A stretch of DNA of 27,674 nucleotides from contig NIVC01000638.1 of the NCBI GenBank assembly GCA_002269645.1, positions 1 through 27,674 on the forward strand, in the 5' to 3' direction. Each line of letters opens with the position of its first letter. Position 1 is the stretch's first letter. Made by a program: the position numbers and the translations under genes. This DNA comes from Macrostomum lignano. Its lineage: Eukaryota. Under the pieces are notes generated by a model. That model did no database searches. It was given only the letters and a program-made list of their open reading frames with translations, and was not told where the DNA came from. Shown here piece after piece: positions 11,321-27,674 of this stretch.

Positions 11321-11920
11321 GCGAGGTGGGGCGAGGTAGAGGAGAACGTGAGCAGGCGGCAGAGCTGAGGGCAGAGCTGGCAGCAGCAGCATGAGATGCT
11401 GAGCAGGGGAAATGAGATGGGCGATGCGGCATGAGCAGCTGGCTTTGAAAGCGGGGCTGTACAAGGAGTGACATCTGTACTGTAACGGTGCGGGAATTAC
11501 TACAGTAGCAATAATAATAATAATAATAATATTGATGGGCAGGTGCAGCCAATATTAGCAATAAATTCAATTATATATAACTGCAACAGTAATTCACAGT
11601 GAAATTGCATTGCATCTGAAAGGGGGATTTGCTGAATCGACAGGCCGCCAGACAGGCAGACAGGCAAGCAAAAAAGCAAAAATAGATCTTTCCGACAAAA
11701 ATAAAGAGGGTTCTGTGTGCAGTACGAATATGCAGAACTGCAGCTTCACATAGCGATGAAGCAAAATGGAAACTATGACGCCAGTTTTAGCGATTGTGGC
11801 AAATGATAAATAGTAATAATGATGAAAATAATAAATAATAAATCATGTACAGCCGCCCAGTGTCACTCCGGCTTCAACTGCAGATCGGAGTGCCGGCTGC
11901 CCACCGATGGACGCTGGCGG

Positions 11921-12315
11921 ATATGAAGGTTCAGGGAGGGCACAGGAGATACATGAAGGCTCAGAGAGGGCACAGGAGATACCTGAAGGTTCAGGGAGGG
12001 CACAGGAGTACCTGAAGGTTCAGGGAGGGCACAGGAGATACCTGAAGGCTCAGAGAGGGCACAGGAGATACCTGAAGGTTCAGGGAGGGCACAGGAGTAC
12101 CTGAAGGCTCAGGGAGGGCACAGGAGATACCTGAAGGCTCAGAGAGGGCACAGGAGATACCTGAAGGTTCAGGGAGGGCACAGGAGTACCTGAAGGCTCA
12201 GGGAGGGCACAGGAGATACCTGAAGGCTCAGAGAGGGCACAGGAAATACTTGAAGGCTCAGAGAGGGCACAGGAAATACCTGAAGGCTCAGAGAGGGCAC
12301 AGGAAATACCTGAAG
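11921..12315. repeat. 30/29-bp minisatellite, about 13 copies (CACAGGAGATACCTGAAGGCTCAGAGAGGG)
   Basis: Tandem copies starting about 125 nt beyond the MAST stop codon. Confidence 0.93.
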
Positions 12316-12439
12316 AATCCTCCAACGCAGCCACAGAGCAGCACTGGGCAAGTAGCCCACAAGGTGAGGGCACTGAAAGCATAAACAACAGAAACTGTCA
12401 ATAAGTTACTGGCAACAATTAAAATATCAGCTGGGGCCT

Positions 12440-22356
<9,917 letters not shown>

Positions 22357-24504
22357 GGCTGCCAGGGCACTAAGCTGGGATGCCTGGATGGCTAATGGCC
22401 AAAGCAAAGCTAGGGTAGGCGGCAGGACGCAGGGGCAGTGCTTTGCGTATTGAGACAGATGAGGCTACAAGGAGGCTGCAGGCTGGGAAACCGGAGACGG
22501 CCGCTTTTTTCAATAATACATCGCTCCCCCGTCGCCTTGCCTCTCCCAGCTCTGCTCTCATACCCCTCCCCAAAAAGTGCTCCTCGCTCATACGCGCAGA
22601 CGCCTCTCCTAGCAATCTGATTTTGAGGTCCTCGCCTCGGCCCACCAGCAAGCCAACAACTGTGCGCTCCATTTACAACCTCTGGGCGAGCCAATGGAGA
22701 CCAGCCAGGCCAGAGAGACAGAAGAGATGAGAGAGAGGAAATCTCCCACTAGAGTAGGGAGTTAATGAGGTGAGAAAATGCGAAAGAGACTCACAAGCTT
22801 AATGAGAGTCTTCTCGTCCCTCTCCCTCCTGGCAACATCTCTTGAGACGAAACTTTTTTGCTTCTCTTCAACTGCTCAGCAGTCGCCTTATTGAGTACCT
22901 GGCAACGCTCTGCTCAGCACAGGCGGCCAGCAAAAGTGCAGGCAAGAATAGAAGCAAAATGCAAGGGCAGTGAACTTCAATTCAAAGGCGGGAAGTCAAG
23001 AACGTAAACGGGAGTTTAGACGACAGTCAGAGGAGGATTGGGCGATGAATAGGAAGAGAAACGGCCCACCTCCTGCCTAACTGGAGTCTGTAGACGCTCG
23101 CGCAGTCTCCAGGTGGGAGCACTAAAGCTGAGAGACGCCAATCGCAAGGGGAAAGTGCCAATGTACTCTAGACTTGGATGAGAAGCAAATCGAGAGGCAG
23201 GCAGAAAATACAGTGAGCAAGTGAGCCTAGCTCCTGTTTCTCTTTATCATACAAGAAGCTTCTGCGGATATCCCTGGCGCAGAGAATTTTCCGCTGGTCC
23301 AACCCGAGGTAAGGCAGCGAGATAGGAAGATAAGAGGAGAACCTGCAGTTGCACAGAGTCCGTCTGTCAGTTCCCATTGCGCCTCTAATCTATTACCTGT
23401 GTATCCTGTGAGCCACGCCCTAAGCAATGAGCCATTTAACCCAGATTCGGTCCGCTGCCTCCTTTCCAAGTGCTTTACGTGTGACGCAAGCGTGGTTTTG
23501 TCTTTCCCTGGCTTGTGACAAGGCGACAGGTCTCGTCAGCTAAAGAAGAGAAACAAACGACCGCGGTTTTCCTAGCAAATGACGCCATTGAGGGCTATTT
23601 CTGGAGCATCTATTTCTTTCTTCCTGCCGTCGCGGCTGAGGAGCTTAGACAAAGCAATATGAAGTCTCCTTAACTCTTCGCAAGACTCAGACTCAACAAG
23701 CTATCTAGCTCTCGGGCATAGAAGCGTAGCGTAGCTGCAGAAAAAAGAAACTCGCATATTGAGGCTGGCTGTCAACTCCGGCTCTGCATATACTGATCGA
23801 TTGCCAATCCAGGCCAGCCTCGCCTCCAGACCAGCGCAACATCGACTCAACTTAGCACAAGTCAACTCAAAGCCAGTCTCCCTGAGAGCCAGCGGAATAC
23901 CAAGGAGAGGAGCATTCAATTCTCTTTCTGCAACAGCTGCGACACCCAGGCTTCAGAAGTCAGCTTAAAATTCTCTGTAGGCCTCGCCACCCTTTCCAAT
24001 AACTCAATTCTGCAGCAGCGGCCCCAGAATTTCATTTCCGCACTCGCCTCTCCGCTTTTTTCATTCCGCGCGTTGAAGGGCGCAATCAAGGAAGGTTGAA
24101 AGTCTCTGGCCGGGCTTAGTAGCAAAACTAGCCCTATGATATACGCACTTAATATGCAGGTGCGTCCGCAGTGAGTTCTCTACCCCCAATCCAGGCAGCT
24201 GATGCAGCCAAGGGAAGAACAAATTTCCTTTAGCTAACTAAAGTACAAGAAAATAAGGACCAGAAATAAACGCTCTAAACTGAGTGCACTACTTGTGCAG
24301 TAGTAGTTAGGCTAATTTTTATCAAAAAATTCTTCTGTACACTTCTAACAAGATAAAAAGATGACAGAAGAATTACTTGTCAGTGCCTGCTTATCAGCTG
24401 AGCGAGCAGAAAGCTTGAAAAGAGATAAGCCGCTATTCCCCGCGACGCCCTTAATGCAGAGGGCAATTAGCAACGCTAGAAAGCAGGCAGTGAAAACTGT
24501 TTCA

Positions 24505-25684
24505 ATGCAGGGCATGTTGCGCACCCTTCTGAGACCTGCAGCGTACGCGGCTACAGCTGTGGCAGCCGTGGCTGTTGCGGCCACAAGCGTGCCGGAGCGA
24601 AGGCAGAGTCGGCAAGAACATCCAATTCAAAACGGACTGATGCGCCTTCGAGAACTTCGAGTCGCGGCGCCGATGTTGGCAGCCGCAACCACCAAGCCGG
24701 CACACGGCCATCTCGAGGAGCGATTCCTGGAATTCGCCTCCGTGGAGTTCAACGATACGGCGTACATGACACCAGAGGACTGTCTGGAGTCGGTGACGCG
24801 GGACCGGCCGAGGTTCCGGCGCGGTCGCAAGCTGCTGTCGGACGCGGATGTGGAGCAGATGCTTCGCAAAGCGCCAAGCCACAGGCGAGCCTCAAAAAAG
24901 CTGATGCGCAGCCTTGGGCACGACGGAATTGTCTCCTACTCTGAGTACCTATTCCTGCTATGCACCCTGGCCAACGCCGAAAGTGGCTTCTCGATTGCCT
25001 TCAACATGATCGACCGAAGCCGCAACCAGAGCGTGGAGAAGGACGAGTTCGACATACTCAACACTATGGTGTCCGAGTGCCAGGCCGAGCAGCAGCAGGA
25101 CACAACCCTGATGCGACACTTCTTCGGCCAATCCGGCAAAGACAGCCTGGACTACAATCGGTTCGTCGAGTTCATGTCAAATCTTCAGTACGAGGTGCTG
25201 GAGCTGGAATTCCTGGAGTTCTCCAAGGGCCTGCCGAGCATACCGGAGAGCGAGTTCGCCAGGGTGCTGCTGCGCTACACCAACCTGTCGCCGAGCACAC
25301 AGGCCGTGTGGGTCGACCAGGTCCGCGACAAGCTTGTCCGCGAGGAGGGCATCGGCTTCGAGGACTTTCGCCAATTCTTCCAGTTCCTTAACAGCCTGGC
25401 CGACTTCAGCATGGCGCTGCAAATGTACGCTTTGGCCGGACACCGGTGACGCTGGACGAGTTCCAGCGGGCTGTCAAGGCGTGCGTTGGCTACACGCTAT
25501 CGCCGAGGGTGGTGTCCACCGTGTTCCTGCTGCTGGACAAGGACGGCGACGGCAGTCTGAGCTCCGAGAGCTGCTGGCCATTTTAAAAGGCCGACTCAAA
25601 AGGCTGAGTCTGAAATCCAGCTTGACAGGCGGGGAGCTGACGGAGTTCCGGCGCTGCCTTAAACGAGAGATACAGCGGGACTGA
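24505..25684 (+). CDS. MICU3: Mitochondrial calcium uptake protein (MICU2/3-like EF-hand), intronless, two apparent 1-nt deletions (about 25444 and 25568)
   Basis: Ala/Arg-rich presequence-like N-terminus; ERFLEFASVE...YMTPED; LGHDGIVSYSEYLFLL; EF loop DRSRNQSVEKDE; LQYEVLELEF. After correcting frame: GHPVTLDEFQRAVKAC...DKDGDGSLSSEELL...EFRRCLKRE. MICU2 versus MICU3 orthology not resolved. Confidence 0.82.
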
Positions 25685-25826
25685 TCTGGCGTGACCTTAC
25701 ATGACCCGGCGCATGGATTAGTTTCAACGCTTGTTTTAAACTTGAATTCTTCCATTTAATAGCGCTAGGAATACCAGCTAATGCGCCTGCCAATGTTACA
25801 AAACAAAATCCATCTAAATATGCATA

Positions 25827-25840
25827 TTTATTTTAATAAA
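25827..25840. terminator. Back-to-back poly(A) signals (TTTATT-TT-AATAAA) between the convergent MICU genes
   Basis: AATAAA on plus at 25835-25840 and on minus at 25832-25827. Confidence 0.5.
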
Positions 25841-26176
25841 CGCAATGAATAATTACACAGATGACGGGGCCGATTAATAACAGAACAGCGAGTCGTGAAT
25901 ACTCGATGAAAAAAATTGTTAAAGTCGAAAATAGCAGAAGGAAAATGTGATAATCATTCGATCTCCTTGTGCGCCCAGATACACCTGGGCGAATTTGAAA
26001 CGGGCAAAATTGAAACCGAAAGCAGATTTGCTTTCCACTTTAAGAAAAAAGCGGTTCAAAGGAAAGCAAGCTTTGCTTGATGCGTTTTCGAAAAGTAGCA
26101 TAATGAGTTAAAATGGGGAGTTACAACACAACAAACAGAACTAGTTCCACACGACCACTGAACAGTCTCAGTACAT

Positions 26177-27593
26177 CTACTGCCGCAGCATGTGCTTCTT
26201 GACGCACTTCCTGTACCGCTGCCACGCGGAGTCCTCGCTATCGCCGCCGTCGCAGTCCCGGCGCCGCAGCCCGGCGGCCTCGCCCTGGCCGAACAGGCTG
26301 AGGAACTCGCCGTAGGACAGCGCCCCGTCGCCGTCGATGTCGAACATGGCGAACAGGATCGCCAGCAGCTTGGGCGACACACCGCGGCCAGTGGCGGCCA
26401 TCACCGCCCGCTGGAAGTCCTCCTGGCCGATGGACTTGCCGGCGATCTCAAACATGCGCAGGGCGAAGAACAGGTCGCCGGTGTGCAGCAGGAACTGGAA
26501 GAACTGCTGGTACTCCTCAGCTGTTACACCTTCCGATTGCCACGTCCGGTCCTCCAGCAGCGCCAGGCGGAGGCGACGCTCGGAGGCCGACAAGCGGGTC
26601 CGGCGAGAACCGCGCGCCCGAAGTCGAGTGGCGACATGACGGCCGAGGCGGTGGCGCCCAGGCAGGCCCGGAACTCGGCCAGCAGCACCTCGCGCTGCAG
26701 GTTGTCGGCGAATTTGGCGAACTCGGCAGCAGAGACGGAGTCGCGGGTGTTGGTGCCGAAAAAGTGCACAAGCAGGCTGGTGCTGGCGTCGTCGTACACC
26801 AGCAGCTCGGAGCCAGGGTCAGCGGCGGCGCCGTTCGACGAGACGACGCGGTACAGCCGGCGGAACTCTTCGGCGTCCAGGGAGCCGTCGCTTGCGATCG
26901 AAGGCGCGGAAGGCGATCTCGAAGCCGGAGCTGGACTTGGCGAGCACATTGAGCAGCAGCAGGAACTCCGGGTAGGAGATGAGGCCGTTGCTGCCGAGGT
27001 CGCGGAACAGGTGGTCGCTGGCGCGGCGCTTGCCGGGTGTGGCGCGCAGCATCGCCCGGTATTCGGCCTCGGACACACGTGACGTCGCCGGCGAATTCGG
27101 CGATTTCGCTCGGATTTGGCCGACGCTTCATCGTCGCAGCTGGCGTCGAGAGCGACAGCCTCAAGGAAGTCGAGCGGGCTGAGGTAGGCGGCGCCATTGT
27201 ACTGCAGAGAGGCGAACTGCAGAAAGCGGCGCTCGCGCCAGTTCAGGCGGCGCCGGCCGCTGGTCCCGGTTGCCGCGGCTCAGAGGGCGACAACTCCGAT
27301 TCGGCCATGGCAACGGAGGCGGAAGCAGCGGGTCGCTTTTTGAACTCAGCGAAGGCCAACGCGGCAGCTGCGGCGGCGGCGGCAGCTGTGGCCAAGAAGA
27401 GACTTTGCCCCTGCTTCCAGAAGCAGAAGAAGCAGAGCCAGCATTAAAGAGCACTACGGAGGCTGAGCACCCTGCTCTGTTGCTGATGGCGCAGACCATG
27501 GGCCGCCGCCGTTGCCGCCGTGGCAGCTCTGAGGCCGCTGGCGCTGGCAAAGCCGCTAGCGCCAATAAGCTGTGCCGCCAGCCGAAGAGCCAT
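26177..27593 (-). pseudogene. MICU2: Second MICU2/3-like gene, intronless, disrupted as assembled (at least 4 frameshifts plus in-frame stops): pseudogene or consensus errors
   Basis: Pieces in shifting frames: MALRLAAQ... presequence-like start (27593); WRERRFLQFASLQYNGAAYLSPLDFLEAV; LFRDLGSNGLISYPEFLLLL; DGSLDAEEF; NLQREVLLAEF; QEDFQRAVMAATG...DIDGDGALSYGEF...RKCVKKH. Breaks near 27445 (TAA), 27300-27280, 27078, 26892 and 26605. Symbol denotes the subfamily only. Confidence 0.7.
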
Positions 27594-27674
27594 GTTCGCT
27601 GCCTTCTTTCTGGCCGACTTTTGGCTCGAGTGGGTTAATGAGCTAAACCAGGAGACACCTCTGGCTGCACACCT

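Noticed and set aside
11055-11570. 171-aa ORF or Ser-rich frame as an extra MAST exon
   Set aside because: Explained by hexamer low complexity; the Ser-rich frame has an internal TAA, and MAST already has a stop at 12440.
22700-24360. Short ORFs or RNA genes between MAST and MICU
   Set aside because: No homology or tRNA/rRNA/snRNA structure recognised; probably a divergent promoter or 5'UTR region.
25447-25449. TGA read-through, selenocysteine or programmed frameshifting in MICU
   Set aside because: The downstream homology is in a different frame, and a single missing C explains it; no slippery site is evident.

Overview
Eukaryotic (animal) genomic DNA with GT-AG introns. The GC-rich low-complexity exons and minisatellite-stuffed introns resemble an invertebrate such as the flatworm Macrostomum; that is an inference only. 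Genes: PIGK/GPI8 GPI-transamidase (minus; 3 exons resolved, 5' end not); a lone replication-dependent histone H4 (plus, canonical 3' stem-loop); a 7-exon MAST kinase (minus; DUF1908, AGC kinase, PDZ; about 1334 aa); and two intronless, convergent MICU2/3-like EF-hand paralogs, both frameshifted. A decayed RTE-type LINE lies at about 9.6-10.6 kb. Most long ORFs in the track are artefacts of tandem arrays. Best leads: (i) three orphan histone stem-loops around H4, one fully intact with no histone ORF in front; (ii) short ACATG-centred, often palindromic insertions in the LINE fossil whose removal restores YADD and other motifs; (iii) a different minisatellite in each large intron, mostly G-poor on the sense strand; (iv) an array of about 68 units, each with CAG|GTGAGT plus TGAGTCA, starting right after the PIGK stop; (v) a two-way poly(A) signal shared by the MICU pair.
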